A DNA stretch of 52,857 nt from Bacillota bacterium (GCA_029007015.1 JAQXHB010000111.1:1-52857); one strand, 5' to 3'. Positions 26,908 through 36,267 are shown, counted from the first letter of the stretch. The notes: generated from the sequence alone by a model not told the origin. Numbers and translations are program-made.

Positions 26908-27852
26908 TTAGTCGATGCGGCCGTAAAGCGGCGCATCTCCCGCATCCTTCATAACCTCGCGCGTGGGAGCAGACGGAGCAGGACGGCGCCCCGAAGAACG
27001 CCTGCGGCCGCCGTCGCGGCGATTGCGGTTGTAGCGCGGACGCTCGGGCAAAGCCTCCTCCTTGTTCTCAAGGCCGATTATAACGCGGCGGCCGCGGCTG
27101 TCGGTCACCGACCAACTGGTAACGCCCTCAATCTCTTGCACCGCAGTGTGAATTATGCGGCGCTCATAGGGATTCATCGGCTCAAGCGACTGATTTCTCT
27201 TGGTCTCGAGCGACTGGCGCGCCATACGCTCGGCCAGCGCGCGGAGGGTCTGCTCGCGCTTCTCACGGTAGCCGTTGGTGTCGAGCACGATGCGCGAGTA
27301 GCCGCTCTTGTCGCTGTTGTTAGCCAGCGAGCAAAGATACTGCAGTGCATCGAGCGTCTCACCGCGGCGGCCGATAATGACGCCGAGCCCCTCGCCCTCG
27401 ATATTTAACTTTATGCCGTCCTCAATTTCCTCAGTGGTGACGGACAGATTCTTAAGCCCCATTTTATCGAGCACATCGCTGAGATATTTGACCGCATCGT
27501 CAGCGTTGCCGACCGTCGGCTTTTTGCTCTTTTGCTCAGCCGCGGCGGCCTCAGCGGCGGCCTTTACCTGCTTGGACTTGTCGCTCGAAGCGGCAACCTC
27601 GCCCTGACGCTGTTTTGCCTTGGCGGCGCGCTCCCTGGGCGCAGGCTTCTGGCGGCGCTCTTGCTTGTCGGCCTTCTCATAAAATACGCGTACCTTCGCC
27701 GGACGCCCGCCGAAAAGACCGAACTTTTTCTTAATCGGCATGTCGATTATCTCGAACTGCACTTCATTTTCACCTGCGTCGCCCAGTTGGAGCAGAGCGG
27801 CCTCGTGAGCCTCCTCAACGGTCGAGCCGGTCGCAATTGCTTCTATTGTCAC
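26908..27852 (-). CDS. jag: Jag/KhpB RNA-binding protein (Jag_N, KH, R3H) with a long charged linker and an Arg-rich tail
   Basis: N-terminal Jag_N (TIEAIATGSTVEEAHEAAL), KH (GVIIGRRGETLDALQYL), R3H (MNPYERRIIHTAV). Position downstream of yidC. Confidence 0.9.
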   Translation of the reverse strand: MTIEAIATGSTVEEAHEAALLQLGDAGENEVQFEIIDMPIKKKFGLFGGRPAKVRVFYEKADKQERRQKPAPRERAAKAKQRQGEVAASSDKSKQVKAAAEAAAAEQKSKKPTVGNADDAVKYLSDVLDKMGLKNLSVTTEEIEDGIKLNIEGEGLGVIIGRRGETLDALQYLCSLANNSDKSGYSRIVLDTNGYREKREQTLRALAERMARQSLETKRNQSLEPMNPYERRIIHTAVQEIEGVTSWSVTDSRGRRVIIGLENKEEALPERPRYNRNRRDGGRRRSSGRRPAPSAPTREVMKDAGDAPLYGRID

Positions 27853-27879
27853 TTGTATTCACCCTTTCTTAATGGCTGG

Positions 27880-28785
27880 TCATTGTTTGAAAGAGGCCAT
27901 GCGCGCCTCTTCCACCTTGCGTCTGGCGCGAATCTCCTTGGCCTCCAGTTTGGCAATGGTGCGCGACGGTGCAAATAGATACTGCATGGCCGTCATAATA
28001 ATCATGCTGATGAAGTTGGAGAAAGCCCAGTAAAGTCCCACGGCGCCGGGCACGGTAAAGGCGATGATGAGCGAAAACACCGGCATCATCAGCATCATGC
28101 CCATGGTATTCGGAGCGCCGGGATTGTTTATCTTTTGCATTATCGATGAAACAAAGGCCGACAGCAGAGAAGTCAAGAATGACAGCAGCGGAATTATCCA
28201 CAAAATGCTGACGCCGTCAGCAAACGAGGGCGTCTCGGTCAGGTTGATGCCGAAAAAAGTGAAGTTGACGCCGTCAGCCGCCGAGTGCAGAGGAGCGAAC
28301 TCGGAGCCGGTCAGTTTGCTCAGACCGTTGAGCAGTTGATGCTCGGTCACAGTCGACGCGTCAGCGATGTTCATGATGTTGGCAAAAGCCGCCTTGGCCG
28401 ATTCAACCAGCGTGCTGTTTACGCCCAGCATCAGGGTGAACGGTGAACGAATAACATTATAAATAGCGATAAAGAAAGGCATGCGTATGAACAGCAGCAG
28501 ACAGCCCATCATGGTGGATGTTCCGCTCTCCTGATACAGCTTGTTCATCTCGTCATTATAACGGTTGCGATCGGATTCGTAGTATTTTTCCTTTATCTTT
28601 ACCATCTTGTTTTTCATGCGGGCCTGCGAAGCATTGCCCTTTTGCTGTTTGATGTTAAGAGGCATAAAAACCAGGTTGATGGCCAGTGTAAAGAAGAATA
28701 TAGCCAGCGGAAAACTTCCGCCGAAAATCGAGCAAAACCATTTGAGTATATAACCCATCGGTTTAACAAATATGGTGTTAAACAT
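27880..28785 (-). CDS. yidC: membrane protein insertase YidC (SpoIIIJ/OxaA type)
   Basis: 301-aa polytopic protein; QQKGNASQARMKNKMVKIKEKY loop, PGAVGLYWAFSN motif; synteny rnpA-yidD-yidC-jag. Confidence 0.92.
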   Translation of the reverse strand: MFNTIFVKPMGYILKWFCSIFGGSFPLAIFFFTLAINLVFMPLNIKQQKGNASQARMKNKMVKIKEKYYESDRNRYNDEMNKLYQESGTSTMMGCLLLFIRMPFFIAIYNVIRSPFTLMLGVNSTLVESAKAAFANIMNIADASTVTEHQLLNGLSKLTGSEFAPLHSAADGVNFTFFGINLTETPSFADGVSILWIIPLLSFLTSLLSAFVSSIMQKINNPGAPNTMGMMLMMPVFSLIIAFTVPGAVGLYWAFSNFISMIIMTAMQYLFAPSRTIAKLEAKEIRARRKVEEARMASFKQ

Positions 28786-28787
28786 GT

Positions 28788-29039
28788 CTACTTCCTTTCA
28801 CCGCGGTCAGCGCGCCAGCGCCCCTTGGGCGGCACGGGGTCGAACCCTCCGCGGCAGAGTGGGTTGCACCGAATAATACGGCAAATTGACAGCAGGCTGC
28901 CCTTGAGGGCGCCATGCACCTCGACGGCCTCTAACGCGTAGGCCGAACACGACGGCGTAAACCGACAGCACGCACCGCCCTTGGCCGGTGAAATATACCG
29001 CTGATAAAGGCTGATAAGCCTAATAATCAGCCCTTTCAC
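28788..29039 (-). CDS. yidD: membrane protein insertion efficiency factor YidD
   Basis: 83 aa; YQRYISP...[17 protein letters not shown]...G..L...RI.RCNP signature. ATGA overlap with rnpA. Confidence 0.93.
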   Translation of the reverse strand: MKGLIIRLISLYQRYISPAKGGACCRFTPSCSAYALEAVEVHGALKGSLLSICRIIRCNPLCRGGFDPVPPKGRWRADRGERK

Positions 29040-29377
29040 GGCCTGTTACCCATGCACCCGGCCTCGGTCAGATGCGCTGTGATAACCGGCACCAAATCGG
29101 TGCTCTTGCACCCGGCGGTGCGACTGCGCGCCACAAAAACGATGTCGTAGCCCCCGCAAATGGACGGCTCCGCCCCGAGCAGGGCGGCACGAATGACCCG
29201 ACGCGCGCGGTTGCGCGTGACGGCGTTGCCGATTTTCTTGCTCGAGGTTATACCTATACGACAATGACCCGCACGGTTTTTCATCACATAAGTAACCAGT
29301 GCAGGGTGTACAAAACTCTTGCCGCGATGGTAAACGCGGCGAAAGACAGTGTTCTCTTTTATCGTCTCAAGCGTCAA
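29036..29377 (-). CDS. rnpA: ribonuclease P protein component
   Basis: RNR motif region [22 protein letters not shown] start at 29377 with an AGAGGG RBS 6 nt upstream. The GTG at 29422 would sit inside the rpmH terminator hairpin. Confidence 0.85.
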   Translation of the reverse strand: MTLETIKENTVFRRVYHRGKSFVHPALVTYVMKNRAGHCRIGITSSKKIGNAVTRNRARRVIRAALLGAEPSICGGYDIVFVARSRTAGCKSTDLVPVITAHLTEAGCMGNRP

Positions 29378-29407
29378 AAAAATCCCTCTGTCCTGATAAT
29401 TCGGCAG

Positions 29408-29434
29408 AAAAACAAAGGCCACACATAGGTGGCC
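29408..29434 (-). terminator. terminator/attenuator hairpin between rpmH and rnpA
   Basis: Minus strand GGCCAC-CTATGT-GTGGCC followed by TTTGTTTTT, directly after the rpmH stop. Confidence 0.65.
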
Positions 29435-29440
29435 GTTTTG

Positions 29441-29575
29441 TTAATAAGACAGTCTCTTTCTGCCCTTTGCTCTGCGGCGAGCAAGCACCTTGCGTCCGTT
29501 GCGGTCGGCCATTCTCTTGCGGAAGCCGTGCTCCTTTTTACGATGCAACTTCTTCGGCTGGTAAGTTCTCAGCAT
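29441..29575 (-). CDS. rpmH: 50S ribosomal protein L34
   Basis: Not in the ORF track (44 aa). Hand translation gives [54 protein letters not shown]. Confidence 0.97.
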   Translation of the reverse strand: MLRTYQPKKLHRKKEHGFRKRMADRNGRKVLARRRAKGRKRLSY

Positions 29576-29668
29576 TTTACCCCTCCGTTCCTTTGATCGG
29601 GTAGTCCCAGTCATAATATACCGCCCCGAGGGCGGCTGCGGACAAAAAACATAGCCCTACAAGGTAAG

Positions 29669-29698
29669 ATTATATAATACCAGATGCGCTTATGTCAA
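29669..29698 (-). promoter_or_regulatory. sigma-A promoter of rpmH
   Basis: Minus strand TTGACA - 18 nt - TATAAT. Confidence 0.65.
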
Positions 29699-29815
29699 CC
29701 AAAAATAGCAAATTTTTTTCAGAATATTTATCTGCGCCGGTCGGCCGTCCGCAACAATTTGCGACTGTGGAGCCGATGCGATGCGCCAAAGCGCAATATA
29801 TTGGGGAATAAAAAT

Positions 29816-30769
29816 TTACAGCCGCTCGGCCGATATCAACTTGCAGTCGGTGTAATACCAGCCCAAAATCTCCCTGTAATCGCTGCCGAGGCCGGCCAAA
29901 TAGTTGGCGCCGTACTGACTCATTCCCACGCAGTGGCCGTATCCCTGCACCTTGAAATTAAAGGTGCCGTCGGCGTAGGTTACTTCAAAAACGGCCGAGC
30001 GCAGTCCAAGCAGTGAGCGCACCCGACTGCCGCTGAGGCTTTGACCGCCAAGCGAGATTTTGGTCACCGTACCGCTCGATGAGCGCGAGATGTCGCCCAG
30101 CCACTTTGCCGCGTCGCCGGTCAGTTTGACTTCATCCGACAACTTTTCGGCCAGTTCGGCAGGGGTAAAACTGCGCTCGCTGAGGTAGTCGGGCGACAGC
30201 AAGTCGCCCACGCTGTCCACCGGCTGCAAATATGAATAGTCACTGCCCCACATAACCTCGGCCGACTCAGTGCGGCCGGCCGATACGGCGTGGTAGGCGG
30301 CCAGTATCGGCCTGCGGTCGTCATCGGCAATTATGTATCCGCCGACCTCGTCAATGAGGCTGTCCAGTCTCAGGCAGTATTCGTCGGCGCGCTCGCCCCA
30401 GTCCCTGCGCGCATCGGAGCGCGACTTGTACGCCTGATCGTCGGTGCTGTTGGTAATGTCGTACTTTTTGTCGGCGTTTTCGGCGGTGCGGTAAAGGGTG
30501 AAGGTGTGCGAAGCGATTATCTGCGCCTTGAGCGCTTCATCGCCGTTTGACATGGACATTTCGGCGGCCGTAACGCCGAAAAGGTAGTCCCTCAGCGACA
30601 GTTTGATGACGGCGCCGCTGTCGCAGTCAAGCATGTGCACTTGCCCCAGAGTGTCGACATCGGCCGAGCCGCCGGGGGTGCCGGCGGCGTCTTTGCCCAG
30701 CGAAATGAGCGGGATACACACTGTGCTTATGAGCAAAAACAGGGCCACAAACAAATATTTTCGTTTCAT
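29816..30769 (-). CDS. spoIID: stage II sporulation protein D (SpoIID lytic transglycosylase family)
   Basis: Signal/TM MKRKYLFVALFLLIS; SpoIID motifs AYHAVSAGRTES and GYGHCVGMSQYGA. The ATG at 30769 has an AAGGA RBS. Confidence 0.9.
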   Translation of the reverse strand: MKRKYLFVALFLLISTVCIPLISLGKDAAGTPGGSADVDTLGQVHMLDCDSGAVIKLSLRDYLFGVTAAEMSMSNGDEALKAQIIASHTFTLYRTAENADKKYDITNSTDDQAYKSRSDARRDWGERADEYCLRLDSLIDEVGGYIIADDDRRPILAAYHAVSAGRTESAEVMWGSDYSYLQPVDSVGDLLSPDYLSERSFTPAELAEKLSDEVKLTGDAAKWLGDISRSSSGTVTKISLGGQSLSGSRVRSLLGLRSAVFEVTYADGTFNFKVQGYGHCVGMSQYGANYLAGLGSDYREILGWYYTDCKLISAERL

Positions 30770-30819
30770 CAAACCATCCTTTCGGTCGCAATGCTGTGAA
30801 TAAAACGGCTCATCGTGTC

Positions 30820-30848
30820 TTGACAATTTAATGTAAATGATGTAGAAT
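30820..30848 (+). promoter_or_regulatory. sigma-A promoter of the citrate synthase gene
   Basis: TTGACA - 17 nt - TAGAAT, then a GGAGGGG RBS. Confidence 0.6.
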
Positions 30849-30887
30849 TATTTATCTGTAAACAAAATTCCCAAAGGAGGGGCTTAA

Positions 30888-32237
30888 ATGGATATTCCAA
30901 TGGATGTCTTGTCCAGTTTATGCAGCGAATTTAGCAAATATAACTGCATCGACCCGCTCGACTACGAAAAGTATCATGTTAAACGCGGACTGCGAAACGA
31001 GGACGGCTCAGGTGTAATGGCCGGTCTGACCCGCATCTGCAATGTGCACGGATATATAATTGACGATGGCGAGAGGCAGCCGGTCGACGGCCGGCTGTTC
31101 TACCGCGGAATAGATATCGGTGATATCATCGCCGGCTGCCGCAGTGACGGCCACTTCGGCTTTGAGGAGGTCATCTGGCTGTTGCTGTTCGGCTATCTGC
31201 CCGACAGAACGCGCCTTGAGTGGTTCAAGAATGTACTGGCCAACAGCCGCGATTTGCCCGACTATTTTGCCGAGGATATGATTATCAAGGCGCCGTCGCC
31301 CAATATTATGAACAAGATTTCGCGCTCGGTGCTGGCTCTGTACTCATACGACAACAATCCCGACGATATCTCGACCGAAAATGTACTGCGCCAGTCAATC
31401 AGTCTTATCGCCAAACTGCCCACCATTATGACCTATGCGTATCAGGTCAAGCGGCGCTACTACGACGGCGAAAGCATGTTTTTCCATCCCATCGACACAA
31501 ATCAGACCATAGCCGAGTTTGTGCTCTCCAACATTCGTCCCGACCGCAAGTTCACCGAACTTGAGGCCAAGGTCATCGACGAATGCCTGATACTGCACGC
31601 CGACCACGGCGGCGGCAACAACTCTGCCTTCACCACCCGCGTACTCTCATCGTCCGGCACCGACACATACGCCGCCATTTCGGCCGCCGTCGGCTCACTC
31701 AAGGGGCCACGCCACGGCGGTGCCAATATCAAGGTGCTTGAGATGCTCGAAATGCTCAAAGCCGAGATAGGCGATAACTGGACCGACGGCGAGATTCGCG
31801 ACTATATCGTGCGGCTTATCAAGCGCGAAGCCGGCGACAAATCGGGCCTGGTGTACGGCATGGGCCACGCTGTTTACACCGTCAGCGACCCGCGCGCCAT
31901 CATACTCAAACAGCGCGCTCTCGAACTGACCCAGTCGTCTGAACTGTATAACGACTTCAAACTGCTCGACGCTATCGAGCGCCTCATGCCTCATGTGCTG
32001 GCCGAACTCAAGGGAGGCGAGTTGAGCATCTGCGCCAATGTCGACCTTTACAGCGGGCTTGTCTACCGCTCCATGGGCATATCGCCCGACCTGTTTACGC
32101 CACTGTTCGCCGTATCGCGTATAGCCGGTTGGTGTGCGCACCGCATTGAAGAAATTACCTCAAATTCTCGCATTATTCGCCCCGCTTACAAGGCGGTTTC
32201 GACCAAGCAAAGTTACATTCCGCTTGACAAAAGATAA
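30888..32237 (+). CDS. citrate synthase (Si-type citrate/2-methylcitrate synthase family)
   Basis: 449 aa; LILHADHGGGNNS, GPRHGGAN, GMGHAVY catalytic-site motifs. Confidence 0.9.
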   Translation: MDIPMDVLSSLCSEFSKYNCIDPLDYEKYHVKRGLRNEDGSGVMAGLTRICNVHGYIIDDGERQPVDGRLFYRGIDIGDIIAGCRSDGHFGFEEVIWLLLFGYLPDRTRLEWFKNVLANSRDLPDYFAEDMIIKAPSPNIMNKISRSVLALYSYDNNPDDISTENVLRQSISLIAKLPTIMTYAYQVKRRYYDGESMFFHPIDTNQTIAEFVLSNIRPDRKFTELEAKVIDECLILHADHGGGNNSAFTTRVLSSSGTDTYAAISAAVGSLKGPRHGGANIKVLEMLEMLKAEIGDNWTDGEIRDYIVRLIKREAGDKSGLVYGMGHAVYTVSDPRAIILKQRALELTQSSELYNDFKLLDAIERLMPHVLAELKGGELSICANVDLYSGLVYRSMGISPDLFTPLFAVSRIAGWCAHRIEEITSNSRIIRPAYKAVSTKQSYIPLDKR

Positions 32238-32252
32238 TTCGGGGGCAACAAA

Positions 32253-33038
32253 ATGAAGCGAAAAGCATTGCTGTTCACCACCGTTTTTACATCGGTCGTG
32301 CTAATGGTCCTGCGCGTCATTCAGCAACTAATAATGATTGATCCCGAGACAGGGTTTTGGTTCGGCGGCTACGACGCGGCGGGCAACACCCTGACGGGGC
32401 TCATGCTGGCCGCGGTTCTGCTGATGATACTGCTGTCACGGACGACCGCCTCCGGCCGTGAAGTCAGACTGCCTGAGCGCAGTCGGGCACTGGCCGTCTT
32501 TGCGGCTCTGCTCGGGCTTGTAATGTTCATTGACGGCTTATCGGCGCTCTTTGACGGCGGTTTCATGAGCGTGATATACACCTTTTCCGCTGTGTGCGGC
32601 GCAGCCGCACTGTGCTGGTGGGCCCTCTCGCTGCTCGGCATATGCCGATTCAAGCCGCAGGCAATGCTTGCCTGCTCCCTTTTCGGCGTTGTCAGCCTTG
32701 CCGCAGATATTGTCGACTTTGTCGGTCAGGTCACCATCTGCCAATCGCTGTTTGATATACTCAGCAGTTGCGCTTTGACGCTGTTTCTCGTCTCGGCGGC
32801 CAAATATGCCTACTGCTATAGCGGAGATAAGACGGTCGGCCGCAGTCTGATGTGCTGGTCGTCGCTGGCCGCAGTGATGTGCGGTCTGCCGCTGATGACG
32901 CGCATTTTGACCACCGTGCTCGGCGGGACTTACTCCCACGCCTTTACTTTCAACGAGGCCACCAAACTGTTTGCCGCCATGTGTGCTTTTGCCGTCGTTG
33001 CAGTTATGAAAACGGCGACAATTAAGAAACCTGACTAA
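32253..33038 (+). CDS. hypothetical polytopic membrane protein
   Basis: 261 aa, about 7 hydrophobic segments, no recognisable motif. 15 nt after the citrate synthase stop. Confidence 0.6.
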   Translation: MKRKALLFTTVFTSVVLMVLRVIQQLIMIDPETGFWFGGYDAAGNTLTGLMLAAVLLMILLSRTTASGREVRLPERSRALAVFAALLGLVMFIDGLSALFDGGFMSVIYTFSAVCGAAALCWWALSLLGICRFKPQAMLACSLFGVVSLAADIVDFVGQVTICQSLFDILSSCALTLFLVSAAKYAYCYSGDKTVGRSLMCWSSLAAVMCGLPLMTRILTTVLGGTYSHAFTFNEATKLFAAMCAFAVVAVMKTATIKKPD

Positions 33039-33056
33039 CGACTGGAGCTGAATTTA

Positions 33057-34049
33057 GTGGAAATTTTTATCATCTGCCTGTTGTTTGCCCTCGGCATCGT
33101 CCTCATTGTAAAGGGCGGTGACTGGTTCGTTGATGCCGCCGGCTGGATTGCCGAGGTATCCGGCATACCCAAGTTTGTCATCGGCGCAACCATAGTCAGT
33201 TTGGCCACCACTCTGCCTGAGTTGCTGGTCTCCCTCTTTGCCACCATCGAGAGTGTAACCGCCACCGACCCGGCCATCATCGCCGCCGACCGTGCCATCG
33301 CGGCCGGCAACGCCATCGGCTCGGTAACAGCCAACATCGGCCTGATAATGGCCATATCCATCATATTTATGCCCGGCAAGGTGCCGCGCCGTCAGTTCGC
33401 GCCCAAGGCGGCCATGATGATGGCCGCCTGCCTGATACTGGTCATTTTCTCGCGCGGCGGCAGTTTGGGCATGCTGCCCAGCGTGTTGCTGATAATCATA
33501 TTCGCCGTATTTATCACCGAAAATGTAATATCAGCCAAGCGCGGCAGTGACCCCGCCGTGGTCGAACTGGCCGACACCGGCAAACCGACCAAAAGGGTGG
33601 TAACCGTCAACATACTCAAGTTCATCTTCGGTGCCGCCGGCATTGTCATCGGCGCGCAACTGCTGGTTGATTACGGCAAGCAACTGGCCACTCTTATCGG
33701 CGTGCCGGAGGAGATAATCGCCGTCACCATGATTGCCATCGGCACATCTCTGCCCGAGTTGGTCACCACCATCACCGCCATTGCCAAGAAGGAGTCGTCC
33801 ATGTCCATCGGCAACATCGTCGGTGCGAACATACTCGATTTGACCATGATTCTGTCGGTCTGCTCCTTTGTTTCGGGCGGCACGCTGGAGGTGCCGGCGC
33901 AGACGGTCAATATTGATTTGTGGGCCTGCCTCGCGGTCGGCGCCATCGCCGTTGTGCCCACCGTCATCACTCAGCGGCTGCGCCGCTGGCAGGGCTTCGC
34001 ACTGCTGGGCATTTATGTGGCCTATGTGGTGTACATCTGTGTAGTATAA
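33057..34049 (+). CDS. CaCA family sodium/calcium (cation/Ca2+) exchanger, YrbG-like
   Basis: 330 aa; two alpha-repeat motifs (GATIVSLATTLPEL and IAIGTSLPELVTT); GTG start. Confidence 0.88.
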   Translation: MEIFIICLLFALGIVLIVKGGDWFVDAAGWIAEVSGIPKFVIGATIVSLATTLPELLVSLFATIESVTATDPAIIAADRAIAAGNAIGSVTANIGLIMAISIIFMPGKVPRRQFAPKAAMMMAACLILVIFSRGGSLGMLPSVLLIIIFAVFITENVISAKRGSDPAVVELADTGKPTKRVVTVNILKFIFGAAGIVIGAQLLVDYGKQLATLIGVPEEIIAVTMIAIGTSLPELVTTITAIAKKESSMSIGNIVGANILDLTMILSVCSFVSGGTLEVPAQTVNIDLWACLAVGAIAVVPTVITQRLRRWQGFALLGIYVAYVVYICVV

Positions 34050-34062
34050 CTTATAACTGTAT

Positions 34063-34108
34063 AAAAACCGGAGCGGCACTGTATAGGCGGTGTCGCTCCG
34101 GTTGTTTT
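34063..34108. terminator. bidirectional terminator between the CaCA gene and the Wzy-LicD fusion gene
   Basis: AACCGGAGCG ... CGCTCCGGTT 10-bp stem flanked by an A-run and a T-rich tract. Confidence 0.8.
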
Positions 34109-34128
34109 ATGTGCTATTTAATGTCTGC

Positions 34129-36267
34129 TCAGTCTCGCTTGGCGCGCACGCAGAATTTGTCACCGCGGTAGATGTCACTGCCGTTCTCAAGGTCGAGGAA
34201 AAGCAGGTCGTGCTCGGTCGTCTGCTTTTCGGGCGGAGGCGGGGTCATGTAGTCCCCAAACGCAATGCGCAGATAGGCGTCATAGCCCACCGGCACGGGC
34301 AGTTGGGTGTCCTCAAACGGCATCATGACCGCCGAGGCAAAGGCATCGGCCGGATACTCATTTTGCATGTACCCAACACCGGCACACAGTTCGGTTATCT
34401 TGGTACAGTCGCTGATTTTGTACTTGCTCATCTTGCGTTCAGCCAGCCGCCACAGTTTATACCGCCACGAGGCAAAAGGCACCAGCATCAGCAGTGCGCG
34501 GCTGCCTATGGCCATAATGCCGCCGTGCTTGACCGGCACCACCTGAGACATGAACAGCGAATAGACCATTGCCCACAGTTTTTGCTTGCGGCGCTCGCCG
34601 CGGTCGGCCGGACAGCCGTCAATGGGAAAAATGTCGATGACCAGCCCCTGCGGAATGTCCAGTTGCGCCAGTTGCGGGCGGACGGCCGTCGTTTTTCGGT
34701 CGACCATGGTGGTAAAGATGTTGCCGCAGAAGCGCTCGCTGTCTGTTTTGAGCAAATCGTACCGCTCGCCGCTCTCTTGCTCGCGCCAAAGGCCGACCAG
34801 ACGCTCATAGTCCTCGCGCGGCATGAACACATCGAGGTCATCGTCCCACGGAATGAACCCGTGATTGCGCACGGCGCCGATACAACCGCCGCCGCACATA
34901 AAGAATGTCAGGCCGTTGCGCTCGCAAAAGCCCTTGAAATATTTTATCATATCCAGCGTCTTTGACTGTATGCCGTGCAGTTGCTCATCGCTGAGGGTGA
35001 TAAACCGCTTCTTTTCCTGCCGCTCGGATTTGCGCTCCAATACGCCCAGCCCCCCAAGTATAAGTAAAAACAGCAAACCGGTCTGCATCCACATCAGCGT
35101 CATGTCGACCATGCCGTGCACCACTGACGATGCCATCGCGGCCAGTATGAGCGACGACGCTACAGGGTTGATGTGACGGTAGTGATTGCGGATAAGCGAC
35201 ACGGCAAACCGCGCAAAATATATTGCCAGCAGAGCCGTGCCGACCACGCCGAAATTAAGCAGTGGGTCGAGTATCAGGTTATGCGCGTGATGGGTGTGCC
35301 ACAAATTGAGGCTGAAGTCGGGGTCATATGACGGCCACTGTCCGGTTGCGCGGTACTGCTCGCACAAAAAATGGTAACTCATGCCGCCGCGGCCAAAGAG
35401 CGGCGCCGTACCGATGGCTTGAAGTGACGCCTCCCATATGCGCACGCGGCGATTAAAGGTCAGTTCGGCCTGACCGACGCGCGGAATTATCTTGGGCAGC
35501 AGTTCGGGGTACAAAAGCACGGTAAACATACCGACGGCGGCCGCGATGAGCATGATTATCAGCACCTTGTGCCGGCGCGCCATTATCAGCAGAACGGCCA
35601 CGCCAACGAGCACCTCGACCACCGCGAACATACTGCCGCACAGGTAGATGCCCAGCGCGTTGACGGCGGCAATGATAAAGTAGGTGCGGCGCGTCCCCTC
35701 CTGCCGCGTGATGACCTTGTAGGCGCAGATAATTATGACCAAACTGCACACCGTACCGAAATAGTTTGGGTTAAAGTATATCGACTTGCATTGTGGGGCG
35801 TACCTCAGGGGATAATAACGCATGACCACCTTTTCAATCACGGCTACGGCCACGCCGAACAGACTCATGGCGCACGCGTCGCTGAGCATGCGCTCAAACA
35901 GCAGCCGAGTCATGACCGCGCGCAGATAGAGGGCAAAAAGGAGGGCCAGTGTCAGTCCGATACCGACGACCAGCCCCAGCCAGTTGCCGTGAACAATGGC
36001 GGTCAGAGAGGCAACTGTCCCAAACAGTGGCAGCACATAGGTCTCGCGGTAAGCAAATATAAGTTTGCGTGTGCGGCTGCGACACAGCACATAAACCGAG
36101 AAGAAAACCATCAGCACGGCCGTAATGACATACGGCAAAAACACCGAGCATGCCGCGCCCAAAACTATATGTCTGTCTGACAGTAAATTTTTACGCAGCG
36201 TCGCAGGATTCTTTGCTGTCACATTTCTTCCTCCAATCGGATGAAATTCCCGCACATATTCTAACAC
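34129..36267 (-). CDS. fusion protein: N-terminal O-antigen ligase/polymerase-like (Wzy_C-type) polytopic domain + C-terminal LicD-family phosphotransferase domain
   Basis: 712 aa. Residues 1-~440 have about 10-12 TM segments with WHTHHAHNLILDPLLNFGVVG, which resembles the O-antigen-ligase family loop. Residues ~450-712 carry LicD hallmarks FFMCGGGCIGAVRNHGFIPWDDDLDVFMPREDY and IDIFPID. Confidence 0.75.
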   Translation of the reverse strand: MLEYVREFHPIGGRNVTAKNPATLRKNLLSDRHIVLGAACSVFLPYVITAVLMVFFSVYVLCRSRTRKLIFAYRETYVLPLFGTVASLTAIVHGNWLGLVVGIGLTLALLFALYLRAVMTRLLFERMLSDACAMSLFGVAVAVIEKVVMRYYPLRYAPQCKSIYFNPNYFGTVCSLVIIICAYKVITRQEGTRRTYFIIAAVNALGIYLCGSMFAVVEVLVGVAVLLIMARRHKVLIIMLIAAAVGMFTVLLYPELLPKIIPRVGQAELTFNRRVRIWEASLQAIGTAPLFGRGGMSYHFLCEQYRATGQWPSYDPDFSLNLWHTHHAHNLILDPLLNFGVVGTALLAIYFARFAVSLIRNHYRHINPVASSLILAAMASSVVHGMVDMTLMWMQTGLLFLLILGGLGVLERKSERQEKKRFITLSDEQLHGIQSKTLDMIKYFKGFCERNGLTFFMCGGGCIGAVRNHGFIPWDDDLDVFMPREDYERLVGLWREQESGERYDLLKTDSERFCGNIFTTMVDRKTTAVRPQLAQLDIPQGLVIDIFPIDGCPADRGERRKQKLWAMVYSLFMSQVVPVKHGGIMAIGSRALLMLVPFASWRYKLWRLAERKMSKYKISDCTKITELCAGVGYMQNEYPADAFASAVMMPFEDTQLPVPVGYDAYLRIAFGDYMTPPPPEKQTTEHDLLFLDLENGSDIYRGDKFCVRAKRD

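Noticed and set aside
28194-28202. Perfect DnaA box TTATCCACA
   Set aside because: It is a single copy inside the yidC coding sequence. About 0.4 occurrences are expected by chance in 2 x 52.9 kb, and there is no neighbouring box or AT-rich unwinding element.
29576-29815. The rpmH upstream spacer, considered as a cryptic oriC
   Set aside because: It contains no TTATCCACA-like boxes within 2 mismatches, and no AT-rich 13-mer or DnaA-trio-like tract beyond the promoter itself. It is reported only as a synteny break.
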